Shown one piece after another: positions 30,048 through 41,400 of a stretch of DNA of 64,000 nucleotides (position 1 is the first letter of the stretch; the number at the start of each line of letters is the position of its first letter). The translations under genes and the position numbers were made by a program. The notes under the pieces are model-generated. The model was given only the letters and a program-made list of their open reading frames with translations, was not told where the DNA came from and did no database searches. The stretch is taken from the NCBI GenBank assembly GCA_049472215.1, contig JBLIRH010000001.1:43308-107307 (forward strand). Direction: 5' to 3'. This DNA comes from Thermoplasmatota archaeon. Its GTDB lineage: Archaea > Thermoplasmatota > Penumbrarchaeia > Penumbrarchaeales > Penumbrarchaeaceae.

Positions 30048-31814
30048 ATGTTCAGGATACGAAGGATCGATAATTGGACAACACCTGGAAGTAAACAGGC
30101 AGTGACCAAGGTACAAGAGATGATCCGGGACCATTTTGAGAATGAAAGTGAGTACATCATACTGAGCATACCATCATCCCTTCATGACCCGATCATTCGA
30201 AAATATCGATCGATAATCTTCATCGCAGAGGGTTCCCAGGATAATGTCCAAGGAGCTGCTATCCTGCTTCACTTCCCCGACCATAGATTCTGTTTTCTGG
30301 ATTACATATTCTCTTCCAAGGGCAAGCTCGGCCGCGGGGTCGGCAGCGCCCTATATGAAAGGGCCAGGTACGAAGCCCGTTCCCTGAATTGTATCGGGAT
30401 ATTCCTCGAATGCCTGCAGGAGACCGTCCAAGCTGAACCGGACCCATCGATAAGAAAGGAGAATGTTGCACGCTTAAAATTCTATGAAAGATATGGTGCA
30501 AGACCGATCATGAACACGAAATACGAGACCCCACTCATAGCGGAGGACCTTAATCCCCCTTATCTTGTTTACGACGATCTCAGCCAGGACAGGAGGTTGA
30601 GAAAGAAGGAGGCAAGAGGTATCGTCAGGGCAATACTCGAGAGGAAGTACAAGGGCCTATGTCCTCCGGATTATGTCGAATTGGTTGTCGGATCGTTCAT
30701 GGATGATCCGGTCCGTTTGCGGGAGCCGAAGTATACCCGGGAAGACAAGTTCATATCTGTTGGAAGTTCGATCCCCCAAGACAGGCTCATCCCGCTTATC
30801 ATAAACGACAAACATGAGATCCATCATGTTCATGAAAGGGGATATGTTGAATCACCCGTCAGGATCCGTTCCATTATCAAAGGATTGGAAGACAGCGGTC
30901 TTTTTGAACGGGTCGCTGTGGAAAGATACAGAGAATCCGAGGTCCTTGCGGTCCATGATCGAAGGTATGTCGATTATTTTAAAAAGGTCTGTAGCAACCT
31001 ACCACCTGGAAAATCCGTCTATCCCTACGTATTCCCGATCAGGAACAGGACAAAACCTCCCAGGGAGCTCTTGATGAGGGCAGGCTACTTCTGCATCGAT
31101 ACCTTCACTCCTTTGAACAAGAATGCTTACCTGGCAGCTAGGAGAGCCGTGGATTGCGCGCTCACCGGGGCGGATAGGATTCTGAAGGGAGAAATGATAT
31201 CATATGCACTAGTAAGACCTCCTGGCCATCACGCGGGCAAGGATTATTTTGGCGGTTTCTGTTACTTCAACTCCAATGCCATTGCAGCCAACAGGTTGTC
31301 GCGTGAAGGAAAGGTCGCCATTCTGGACATCGACTACCACCACGGGAACGGGCAGCAGGACATATTTTATGAAAGAAGTGATGTGCTTACCATAAGCATA
31401 CATGGCCATCCCTCGTTTGCCTATCCATATTTTACCGGTTTCAAGGATGAGAGAGGGATCGGAGATGGTCTTGGTCATAACTGGAACATCCCTCTCCCCG
31501 AGAGAGCAAGCGGCGACGATCATTTTCGCGCCCTTGAGGTCGCACTTGACCACATCAGGAAGTTCGACCCGGATTTTCTCGTTGTGGCTTTCGGGATGGA
31601 TACAGCCAAGGGAGATCCGACCGGAACTTGGGATCTTCTTGTGAAAGATTTCGAGAGGAACGGCCGCTTAATAGGCTCCATGAAAGTACCAATCCTAGTT
31701 GTTCAGGAGGGGGGGTACAGGAACAGAATACTCGGTGGGAATGCAAAACATTTCTTCAGGGGTATTTTCAAGGGGACCTATACTTCAGGTAATGCTTCCA
31801 TGGTCGTTCAGTAG
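30048..31814 (+). CDS. Fusion of GNAT-type acetyltransferase (N-terminal) and HDAC/AcuC-type deacetylase (C-terminal)
   Basis: N-terminal LHFPDHRFCFLDYIFSSKGKLGRGVGSALYERARYEA is GNAT motif A. C-terminal VRPPGHHAG...GFCYFNSNAIAA...ILDIDYHHGNGQQDIF...ISIHGHP are class I/II HDAC (arginase-fold deacetylase) motifs. Confidence 0.7.
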   Translation: MFRIRRIDNWTTPGSKQAVTKVQEMIRDHFENESEYIILSIPSSLHDPIIRKYRSIIFIAEGSQDNVQGAAILLHFPDHRFCFLDYIFSSKGKLGRGVGSALYERARYEARSLNCIGIFLECLQETVQAEPDPSIRKENVARLKFYERYGARPIMNTKYETPLIAEDLNPPYLVYDDLSQDRRLRKKEARGIVRAILERKYKGLCPPDYVELVVGSFMDDPVRLREPKYTREDKFISVGSSIPQDRLIPLIINDKHEIHHVHERGYVESPVRIRSIIKGLEDSGLFERVAVERYRESEVLAVHDRRYVDYFKKVCSNLPPGKSVYPYVFPIRNRTKPPRELLMRAGYFCIDTFTPLNKNAYLAARRAVDCALTGADRILKGEMISYALVRPPGHHAGKDYFGGFCYFNSNAIAANRLSREGKVAILDIDYHHGNGQQDIFYERSDVLTISIHGHPSFAYPYFTGFKDERGIGDGLGHNWNIPLPERASGDDHFRALEVALDHIRKFDPDFLVVAFGMDTAKGDPTGTWDLLVKDFERNGRLIGSMKVPILVVQEGGYRNRILGGNAKHFFRGIFKGTYTSGNASMVVQ

Positions 31815-31904
31815 GCTAGATCATGAGGGTGGAATTAGAATCACATTGAAGGTACTGTTTATATACAAAAACTTGGTTTCAGGTTCGACCCCAAGCCTTA
31901 CTAG

Positions 31905-33332
<1,428 letters not shown>

Positions 33333-33350
33333 TCCGTTAGGGACAATTCG

Positions 33351-33385
33351 GGCCCCGGAAACCGGGGCCTTCTTTTTTCATTTTT
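33351..33385 (+). terminator. Intrinsic-terminator-like hairpin GGCCCCGG-AAA-CCGGGGCC followed by a T-tract, downstream of gdhA
   Basis: Read directly: 8-bp perfect GC stem, 3-nt loop, then ttcttttttcattttt. Confidence 0.5.
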
Positions 33386-34995
33386 CAACTATCAAGTACT
33401 TCCATTGCCGATTCCCTGTAGGCATCCATCAGATACGGGATGCCCGATATCTTAGAAGATTCTTCGGTGAGCGCCATCAGATCGTCACGCGATAAGGATG
33501 ATAGGCTGAAGTTCCTGCTTCCCGCCATCAACTGCTGGAGGCCCACTTTAAGTTTGTTAGTGAAGGTGTAGATCCCGATAGCACCCAGGGGTATCTCCTG
33601 GATATCCTTACCAAACTTATCCCGGAGGGTTTCATATTCGACGAAGATCTCCTGTTTTTTAGACCCGAAGTTTGCGACCGTCTTTGGCAGGTTATCCTCA
33701 TCCATCCATTTCTTGATGTTCTTGCCCACGAATCCCGGGATCATCAGACCTCTCCCCATGCAGACCGCTTTGAAGTAGGGACTGCCCATTGCCAGTGCCT
33801 TGAAGACCCCATCCTCGCTGGAGAATCCTCCTGCCATTGCCATATCCGGTAACTTCAAGCCCTTTTTGCGTAGTTTCTCGGCGAACTCGTAGGCAAGGCA
33901 CTGGAGGTAGAATGTGGGTATGCCCCATTCTGTCATCATCGGCCATGGGCTCATGCCGGTACCTCCAGGGGCCCCATCAATGGTTAGGAGGTCGATCTTT
34001 GCTTCCGAGCTGTATTTAAGGGCCATGGCCAGTTCGATCATGGAATATGCGCCGGTCTTCAACGTGACCCGTTTGAATCCGATATCCCTCAGTCGATCCA
34101 CCTCCTCCAGGAAACCCTCCTTCGTCACGAAACCGAGCCTGGAATGCCTTTCGAATTCCCGTATGCCTCCTTCATGGAAGGCTTCCTGGATGCTCTTTAG
34201 GGTGGGATCAGGGGTGACGATATATCCCCGTTTCTTGAGTTCCAGGGCACGGTCCAGTGATTTCACCCTGATCTCCCCGCCGATGCATTTCGCACCCTGC
34301 CCCCATTTCAGCTCCAGGGTGTCCAATTCATGCTTGGATGAAACATATTCAGCTACTCCCAAGCGTGTATCCTCGACATTCATCTGAACGAGCAGCTCTC
34401 CGTATCCTTCATGGAACTTCCTGTAGATCTCTATTCTTCGGTCCATTTCCGGGGAGCTCGTTATTTTGCCGTTGGAATCCCTGACATGGTCCGGATCGAC
34501 CCCGCAGACATTTTCACCGCATACCAATGTGATCCCGGAGATAGCGGCCCCTATAGCGAAATGCTGCCAGTTCCTCCTGGCGATCTCGGTCGAGCCTAGA
34601 GCTCCGGTGAAAACAGGAACCCTGAGCTTCACCTTCTTATCCCAACCGTATTCTGTCTCGGTGTTCACATCCGTGAAAAGGGCGGAATCCGGTCCGATCT
34701 CGACCCCGTCTGGCAGGCCTTTGGCCCCCCGTGCATATCCTTGGATATTGAGATGGGAATAATCTACCGGATATTCCTTGTCTGCACCCGCGGTGATATG
34801 TCCAAAAGGTCCGGGATAAAGCACCTCCCTTCCCCTGAACGATGAAAGCCAAATCTCACAGCCTCCCGTGCAGCCATCCAAACACCTGGTGCATATGCCC
34901 GACATGGGGGACACACTTCTGGAGCGGTTGAAGGTCCCCGTCGCTTCATTCGAATTCGGTCTTCTCAAGTTCATTATGTTTCCCCCATTTTTCAA
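33385..34995 (-). CDS. Archaeal-type glutamate synthase subunit (GltB FMN-binding/Fe-S domain 2 homologue)
   Basis: N-terminal Cys cluster CTRCLDGCTGGCE, then a GOGAT FMN-domain region ...DGAPGGTGMSPWPMMTEWGIPT...AMAGGFSSEDGVFKALAMG.... Confidence 0.8.
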   Translation of the reverse strand: MKNGGNIMNLRRPNSNEATGTFNRSRSVSPMSGICTRCLDGCTGGCEIWLSSFRGREVLYPGPFGHITAGADKEYPVDYSHLNIQGYARGAKGLPDGVEIGPDSALFTDVNTETEYGWDKKVKLRVPVFTGALGSTEIARRNWQHFAIGAAISGITLVCGENVCGVDPDHVRDSNGKITSSPEMDRRIEIYRKFHEGYGELLVQMNVEDTRLGVAEYVSSKHELDTLELKWGQGAKCIGGEIRVKSLDRALELKKRGYIVTPDPTLKSIQEAFHEGGIREFERHSRLGFVTKEGFLEEVDRLRDIGFKRVTLKTGAYSMIELAMALKYSSEAKIDLLTIDGAPGGTGMSPWPMMTEWGIPTFYLQCLAYEFAEKLRKKGLKLPDMAMAGGFSSEDGVFKALAMGSPYFKAVCMGRGLMIPGFVGKNIKKWMDEDNLPKTVANFGSKKQEIFVEYETLRDKFGKDIQEIPLGAIGIYTFTNKLKVGLQQLMAGSRNFSLSSLSRDDLMALTEESSKISGIPYLMDAYRESAMEVLDS

Positions 34996-35328
34996 AGTCT
35001 TCCATATCCCCTTCCTCGATTCTCATAGGCCAGGTAATGTCACCTCTCTCTGCTCAAATTGTCTTACTTAATTGGGACCAAATGAGAAATTGTCAGGGAT
35101 ATTTTTTTTATTGGTAGTTGGTTATTAAGACTTTTCGATTTTTTATTTTTTCAATAAAAACTTATTATTTAGACAATATATTGCAATATATGATATTATT
35201 GAAAAAAAATTGAATAAATATTGATAGAATATTGTGAAAATCAGGCCTTCCAATGCAACGTACGGCTCGTTCTTTTGACTAAATTCAAAAATAACCCAAG
35301 AATAAATGAGACAGAACATGTCATTGAT

Positions 35329-35658
35329 TTAAATAAGACGATCATGGAATGTCTTGTATCCTTTGATAATATCGGATATATTTCCGTATTGATTCGGAAT
35401 GATCCTGATATTGACCTCTTTGAATGCCTGTTCTATAGCGGGGGCCATCCTTCCCGCTATGACAACATCAATGCCCGAATTTATTAGCTGTTTTGCATAA
35501 AAAAGACCGGCTCTACCCCCATCAATGAACTCATTCAGGGTAACGAATTCGGTCATTCCGTCATCCGTGTCATGGATGGCAAAATGTCTGGATTGTTCGA
35601 AGACATCCTCCAGGGGACTTTGGAGGCAGTCAACCTTGCATGGTATGGCTATCTTCAT
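35329..35658 (-). CDS. Dinitrogenase FeMo-cofactor-binding domain protein (NifX/NafY-like)
   Basis: MKIAIPC...HF.....DDG...VVIAGRMAP resembles the Nitro_FeMo-Co fold. Start taken at MKIAIP (35658); the track start is 35715. Confidence 0.6.
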   Translation of the reverse strand: MKIAIPCKVDCLQSPLEDVFEQSRHFAIHDTDDGMTEFVTLNEFIDGGRAGLFYAKQLINSGIDVVIAGRMAPAIEQAFKEVNIRIIPNQYGNISDIIKGYKTFHDRLI

Positions 35659-36057
35659 AGGGTCACTCCCTTGCTGCTTTTCCTGATGGATCGAACGCGT
35701 CCGATATCTCAGCAAGACATAGATGAACTTGTGACAATATTAAGTTAAGCAACAGATTCATATTACATATTTCAGTAAAATGACAGACCAAATCACCAAA
35801 TCGCCCGTATTATTCCTTAAACTTGCAGGATATTTTAGAAAAAATTTTACAAATCTAAACTATTACCACGAACATCATGATCTCCATTGAATATCCATCG
35901 AAATATTCCTAAACCTGTTGTATAATGACATAGTGACCTCAACCGAATGACTTGTTTTCTCGAATCCACTTCTTTTCATGAAATAACATTATGAAACAAG
36001 AAGCAAAGATAGAATGAGTTATATACTATTTATTATCATAAGAAATGTAGCGTTCCA

Positions 36058-36612
36058 TTGTTACATTTGGTGGTACGAGTGGACAATTCTAAAAAGACCA
36101 ATAAAAAGGTGGAAGATGCCGATATAATCAAATGGCTCCTTGAGGACCCCACAAGAAGCCTGAACGAGATGGCCAAGTCATTGAACCTGTATCGACAGAC
36201 CCTCTGGCGGAGAAAGAAGAAGCTGGAGGACGACAAGGTCATCTGGGGATATACCGCCGTAGTGGACGAGAACAAATTGGGGAACGTTATCTATCTTGTA
36301 TTGATGAAGATGAAGCCCATGACCCGGGGTCTGGCCGATATTATCTACAGGCGGATAAAGAACGAGGAAATGGGTAGATTGAACGTCAGGTTGATCGATG
36401 CCTTCCACGTGAACGGCGACTATGATTGGGTCCTCCGCTTCTCTGCTCCAGACCATGCCACCGCGAGGAAGTACTATGATGCCATAAGGGTGATCTACGA
36501 GGACTACCTGATAGAGAAACCCGTTATAGTGGATGTGAATTTCATAGTGAAAGCGGAGGGGATGAAAAATCCTGATCTCGAGAACTTGTATAAATTCGTC
36601 CCGGAGATATAG
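36058..36612 (+). CDS. Lrp/AsnC-family transcriptional regulator (HTH + RAM domain)
   Basis: DIIKWLLEDPTRSLNEMAKSLNLYRQTLWRRKKKLEDDKVIWGYTAVVD is an AsnC-type HTH followed by a RAM-like C-terminal domain. The true start may be GTG at ~36079. Confidence 0.75.
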   Translation: MLHLVVRVDNSKKTNKKVEDADIIKWLLEDPTRSLNEMAKSLNLYRQTLWRRKKKLEDDKVIWGYTAVVDENKLGNVIYLVLMKMKPMTRGLADIIYRRIKNEEMGRLNVRLIDAFHVNGDYDWVLRFSAPDHATARKYYDAIRVIYEDYLIEKPVIVDVNFIVKAEGMKNPDLENLYKFVPEI

Positions 36613-36675
36613 GTGCCAGACCTTGAAATTTTAAAATAGGACACATTCGATACCGGATGGGGGACGAAGGACCGG

Positions 36676-37482
36676 ATGAGATCGAAGATACTTGTGGCCA
36701 TTGGCGTTTTGCTTGCATTGATCGGCCTTTTCTTCTTTGCGGTCAGTCTGGAAGAGATCATCAATCCTACGCCCACGGAGAACGAGGAAGGAGAGGAGGT
36801 CGAGGGAGACAGCGGCCTCGGAATTTGCATGATGGTGATCTGCGTCCCGATCTTCTGGGTCCCGGCTGGTTTCCTATTCTATTTCGGACTCGAGGACAGG
36901 GCTGGGACAGATCTCGATGACGTTGCATCACTTCTTCGCTCTTACGAGGAGATCTCCATCGAGGATGCAGCCGAGATACTGAATATCTCCGAGAGAAAAA
37001 CGGAGAAGAAGGTCCACCAATGCATCGACAGGGATATGTTAGGGGGCCGGGTCATCAATGCTGTTTATTACTCTCCGGCCAAACTGGAATACTTGAATAG
37101 AAGGACCGACTGGATAGAGAGGTTGAAGGATGTTGCAGATATCCTAATTGCCTACCGCCGGGTAGAGATAAAGGTCGTGGCAAAGAAGATCGGTCAGGAT
37201 ATCCCGACCACCGAGAGATTGATCTTAGAATGTATCGAGGAAGGGATGGTGAAGGGTTATCTCTCCTCGAAGCAGCATGTTTTTTACACCCAGGAGTACC
37301 TGGAGCAGCTGGATGATGCAAGGGTAGGCTGGACCTGTGATAAATGCGGGGCGCATCATGACGAGGTGCTTCTTCCCGGGGACTATGGGAAGTGCACCTA
37401 TTGCGGATCCATCTCGAAAGCAAAGGGGATCTCGATAGCTTCATCCGAGGTGGAGAAAGCATTGGAAGCTATCGAACTCTGA
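36676..37482 (+). CDS. Membrane-anchored protein with two N-terminal TM helices, two winged-helix-like modules and a C-terminal CxxC...CxxC zinc ribbon
   Basis: TMs ILVAIGVLLALIGLFFFAV and ICMMVICVPIFWVPAGFLFYF. Two ~60-aa helical/wing units (AAEILNISERKTEKKVHQCI...; VVAKKIGQDIPTTERLILECIEEGMVKGYL). C-terminal CDKCGAHH...CTYCGS. Confidence 0.45.
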   Translation: MRSKILVAIGVLLALIGLFFFAVSLEEIINPTPTENEEGEEVEGDSGLGICMMVICVPIFWVPAGFLFYFGLEDRAGTDLDDVASLLRSYEEISIEDAAEILNISERKTEKKVHQCIDRDMLGGRVINAVYYSPAKLEYLNRRTDWIERLKDVADILIAYRRVEIKVVAKKIGQDIPTTERLILECIEEGMVKGYLSSKQHVFYTQEYLEQLDDARVGWTCDKCGAHHDEVLLPGDYGKCTYCGSISKAKGISIASSEVEKALEAIEL

Positions 37483-37528
37483 TACTGGTTTCAAAAGATT
37501 TTTATCGACCACTTCTGCTTGGTGACCA

Positions 37529-37984
37529 ATGAGGATTGGGGACGTTGGTGCCGTCTCCCCGGTAGGGGACCTGCTGGCTTTCTCTCTTGCGGTCGTCATC
37601 GTGGCCTCCCTGGTGCATGGTGTCGGAAATTTGGGAAAAGATACCGATGAACAGGGAAGTGAGGATTGGGCGGTCCTGATGATGTCAGTTCGCGAATGGG
37701 TTGGCTTCGATCCGGACAATGACGGTATATTGGAATTACGTCCTCCTTCAGACATTGATACTGAGGTTGAGATCGAATTTCCTTTAATGGGTGTTGTTAC
37801 CGTCATTTTCAAAAATGGTGGTTCAGGGTCCGGTTATCGGTTCATCGATGGTTCGATCGACACGAAAATTTCAGAACCGGCCCACCTTTGCCTGGTCCAT
37901 GGCTGTTCAGTTATCGTTGAGACAACTGAAGGTTTTTTCCCAGCCTTAATGGAGGTATCTGTTGCGGGAGGTGATCATCAATGA
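37529..37984 (+). CDS. Small N-terminally anchored protein with archaeal type-IV-pilin-like (class III signal) N-terminus
   Basis: N-terminus MRIGDVGAVSPVGDLLAFSLAVVIVASLV resembles the [KR]G[AQ]VSPVIG...hydrophobic H-domain of archaeal pilins. ATGA overlap with the next gene. Confidence 0.4.
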   Translation: MRIGDVGAVSPVGDLLAFSLAVVIVASLVHGVGNLGKDTDEQGSEDWAVLMMSVREWVGFDPDNDGILELRPPSDIDTEVEIEFPLMGVVTVIFKNGGSGSGYRFIDGSIDTKISEPAHLCLVHGCSVIVETTEGFFPALMEVSVAGGDHQ

Positions 37985-38478
37985 TCCGGAAAATCCGCAT
38001 GGAGGGCATGGAAACGGTAACATCCCTGCTGCTTCTCATCATTTCCGCAATATTGGTCTTCGGAGTGTTATCCTTCCTTGATCTCGGAGAGAATGATGAT
38101 AACGATCGGGATCTTATCAGGCTCAGAAGCTTCCAGGCCAAATGCCTCGGAGAGGTACTGGTCAGCACCTATTCGATCTCCCTTCAGTATGTCGAAGATG
38201 ATAGTTCCATTTCCGATGCGGTTGTAGTGTGGGATGGTGAGGGTATAGTGATCCACGATCACGGAAGATCACCGATCCCCTTGCCCTGGACCCAAGCACT
38301 GTCCACAACTCCCGAAGGATTGACCTCGGCTCTCATTTTCGGAGATGGGAATGCGCTCATTGATGGTCCTTCAGGAGAGTTCGTCACTTGGTCTCACTCG
38401 ATGGAGGGTGGGGATATCGTCAGGATCTACCTTTCAGTCCATGTTGGATCCCTTCATTTCGGAGGTGTGTTGGGGTGA
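37981..38478 (+). CDS. Small N-terminally anchored (pilin/FlaF-FlaG-like size class) protein
   Basis: Basic N-region MIRKIRMEG followed by the hydrophobic helix METVTSLLLLIISAILVFGVL. GGAGGTGA ribosome-binding site upstream. Its stop overlaps the GTG start of the giant gene (GTGA). Confidence 0.35.
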   Translation: MIRKIRMEGMETVTSLLLLIISAILVFGVLSFLDLGENDDNDRDLIRLRSFQAKCLGEVLVSTYSISLQYVEDDSSISDAVVVWDGEGIVIHDHGRSPIPLPWTQALSTTPEGLTSALIFGDGNALIDGPSGEFVTWSHSMEGGDIVRIYLSVHVGSLHFGGVLG

Positions 38479-41400
38479 GGTCTCCTGATGTTAAGATCGA
38501 TAGGTTCGGGAGGGAAGCCTTTGCTTATTTGGCCATCTCAATTCTTGTTCTTACCACCTTCTATGTTTCATACGAAATATCACTGGAAAGGGGGTGGGAG
38601 AAGGGTCTCAGGGACAGGTCCCTCCTTCTCGATCTGAAGGGGGAGCTCAATGGTGTGAAGTGGGGGATCGGCCAGTATCTGATAGCACTGAACGACGAGT
38701 TCGTTATCAGAGCCGGGACGGAGGTTCTTCGGGACCCGATGGATAAGAGATTGGATGGTCGAGTGGAAAGTATGCTGATCGAACGCCTTAACCTCGAGCT
38801 GGCCGGGATCGCGAATTCTTTCCTTCCCCCGGATTCATCCTTTAACATCGAGATTCTGAACTGGACCGTCGATTCGATCCCCGTCACAGGGGATCTGGAG
38901 ATACCAGTCCCCGGTACCCGGATGGACCGGAACCTGTCCGGGCTGACCGAAACATGCATGGGAAGTGAGGTTTTCGGTGTCAATACCACATTCCATATCG
39001 AAATGGTCATGACGGACAGCGAAAGCTCATTGATCGTCATGGATGATCTCGAAATCAGTGTGAATAGAGTGTCCCTGTCGGAGTTCGTAACAGGAAGGAT
39101 CCAGAGGTTCCAGGATGCCGTCAACGGTATGGAGCTCGCCTCACTTTTGGAATACATGGTGGGATTGCTGGTCCAGACGAAATGCATGATGGGATTCGGC
39201 CGCGAACCGGGGACAGGAGAGATCGTCCCCATCTCAATTGTGACCGAGGCGGAGCTTCTTTCGGTCCTCGACCTGGCAATGGCCCTCCTTGCAAGGTCCC
39301 ATCTGATGGTTGATGACAGAGGTTTCATCGAGTCCATTGGAGAGGACCTATCCATGGCACCTGGTGGAAGTAAAAGGACGATCCTTCCGGAGTATATCGA
39401 GAGTTCCCAAACGGTCCTGGATCCGGGTGCATTGGTTCTCGGGGGGGAGGGCATATTCCATCAAGACAATCCACCGGACCTGCAGATGGTCCTGAGACCT
39501 TTTTTCCTGGCGATCGTCGATACGGTCGTGAACAAGCTCGTATCCTACCTGGGGGTCGATGATATGTTGATGGGAAGCGTTGGACGCCTCAAGACCATCT
39601 TCGACCTCGGAGCGGAAGCGGTTGATTCACTGTCCGAATCCATCCTCGGGATGGACCTGATCGATACAAGCAGGTCATCGGCAAAGGACATCTTCAGATC
39701 GATGCTCGAGAGGAGCTGCTATCTCGACCCGGAAGAGTACACCATAATGATCAGGAAGAATGAGGAAGTGATCTGGAACGGAAGCTCCATATCATCATAC
39801 CCGCTGGTTAGATTGCCTCAGATGGAGAGATCCTTCGAACTCGGTCTCTCGGATGGAGGGCCCGAGAACCAATTCTACCGTTCCCCTAATGGGACAGTAC
39901 ATTCCAAGGCGGAATATTTCGACCCGACGGAGGAATTCCTTGGCGTTCTTTGCACGATATACAGGATCAAGGCGAATTTTATTTTCGATGAGATCGAGCC
40001 CCCCTTCATTCCGAGGAACCTGCTTGAGGACGAGGAGTTCATCAATGCGCTAGCATACTTCCTGGGAACGGACGAGAGCGATACGGGATCAGGGTCCGAA
40101 AGCGAGTTCAGGGAGAAAGGCAGATACGCCGTCCGGAAGGTGACCGAGTCTTTCTTCAACGGGATCACTGGACCCTTCAACGAGATCTGGAAGAGCAGTT
40201 GGAAAGGTTGGACCGATGAGGACATTCCATCCTTTTCAGATGGGCTGCCCCCGCTTGGTTCCATGATGGACATCGGTTCATGGCCCATCAAGGAGCTGGC
40301 GGATTCCTTTGCCACTGCCCTGATCGATGAGTTCAGCGTCGTGGGCCTGTTCGAATCCCTGTGCGATGTGGAAGGGGAATATACCGAGCTGATAGCTGAT
40401 TGGATCTTCACGAACTATGACATTTGGACACACCGTGGTGACCAGATCGGGTACATACAAATGATCAGGAAGGACCTGATATTCGACCATACCGATGTTG
40501 AGATATTGGAGGTGACCCCCGTCGAGGAGAACGTTCTCGAAAACGATATATACCTCGAAACGGGAAAGAACGAGGTCTCCGTGATCAGCGAGCGTCCCGA
40601 GATCTCGAAATGGCTCGGGTTGGGACTGGCGGAGAAGCTTGAAATTGACGTTGAACTGGAATTCCACTGGTCATCCTTGATATCGGCATCATATCTTGAG
40701 GTCAGGGACAGGGAGTTCGGCACCGGGTCCGATGGAAGGGGGGAAGGATGGATAAGGAATGAGCTGAAGGGACAGGGAACCAGGGGTTTCGATCTTCTGT
40801 TCAGCTCGTATAACGGTGATCCGCTCAGTATATCCAATATGGTTGAGGGCCTCGTGAGCGAAGGTTTTGATTCGATAGGATGTTTCAACGATGCAAGCAC
40901 GCGTATCTCGGGTGGACGTTTCCTTCTACCTGCAACCGATCTCGGAGGCAGGATCGAGGTCCACGATTTGAACCCGGGGACCGGGTCGATCGATAACCTG
41001 ACCGCTGTTCTCGCGATCCAGAGGAATCCCTCCTCCCGGGCCACGATCGAACCTACGGATGGGACCTACAACACAGATATTTCCAACGCCTCTGCTCCCT
41101 ACAGGACGATCTATTCTGTTTATTTCTGGGGAGAATACACGGTTCGATTCTCTGTCTCATCGGGGGATAATGGAACTTCTTCCAATATCTCCAGGATATT
41201 GCCGGTATACACCCGGCTCTCATGCCAGGTGGCTTCTTATTGGCCGATGTTCGGGGCACAGTATGAAAAGGTTGGCAGGCTCATCGACCATCTGAAGGAC
41301 AAGGTGGTCGAGGCAAGGGATACGCTCAAAGGCGAACTTAACAGGATCGTAGAGGATGTCCTCGGAGACTCGATGTCCTCTCTCAGAGAGGTGCCCCCGA

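Noticed and set aside
35221-35487. 88-aa + ORF
   Set aside because: Overlaps antisense with the NifX-like gene and extends into AT-rich intergenic DNA.
38561-39454. 297-aa minus-strand ORF plus several others inside the giant gene (39875-40411, 40415-41044, 41744-42334)
   Set aside because: Antisense to a continuous 4.6-kb reading frame. Ser/Arg/Pro-rich, with no start context.
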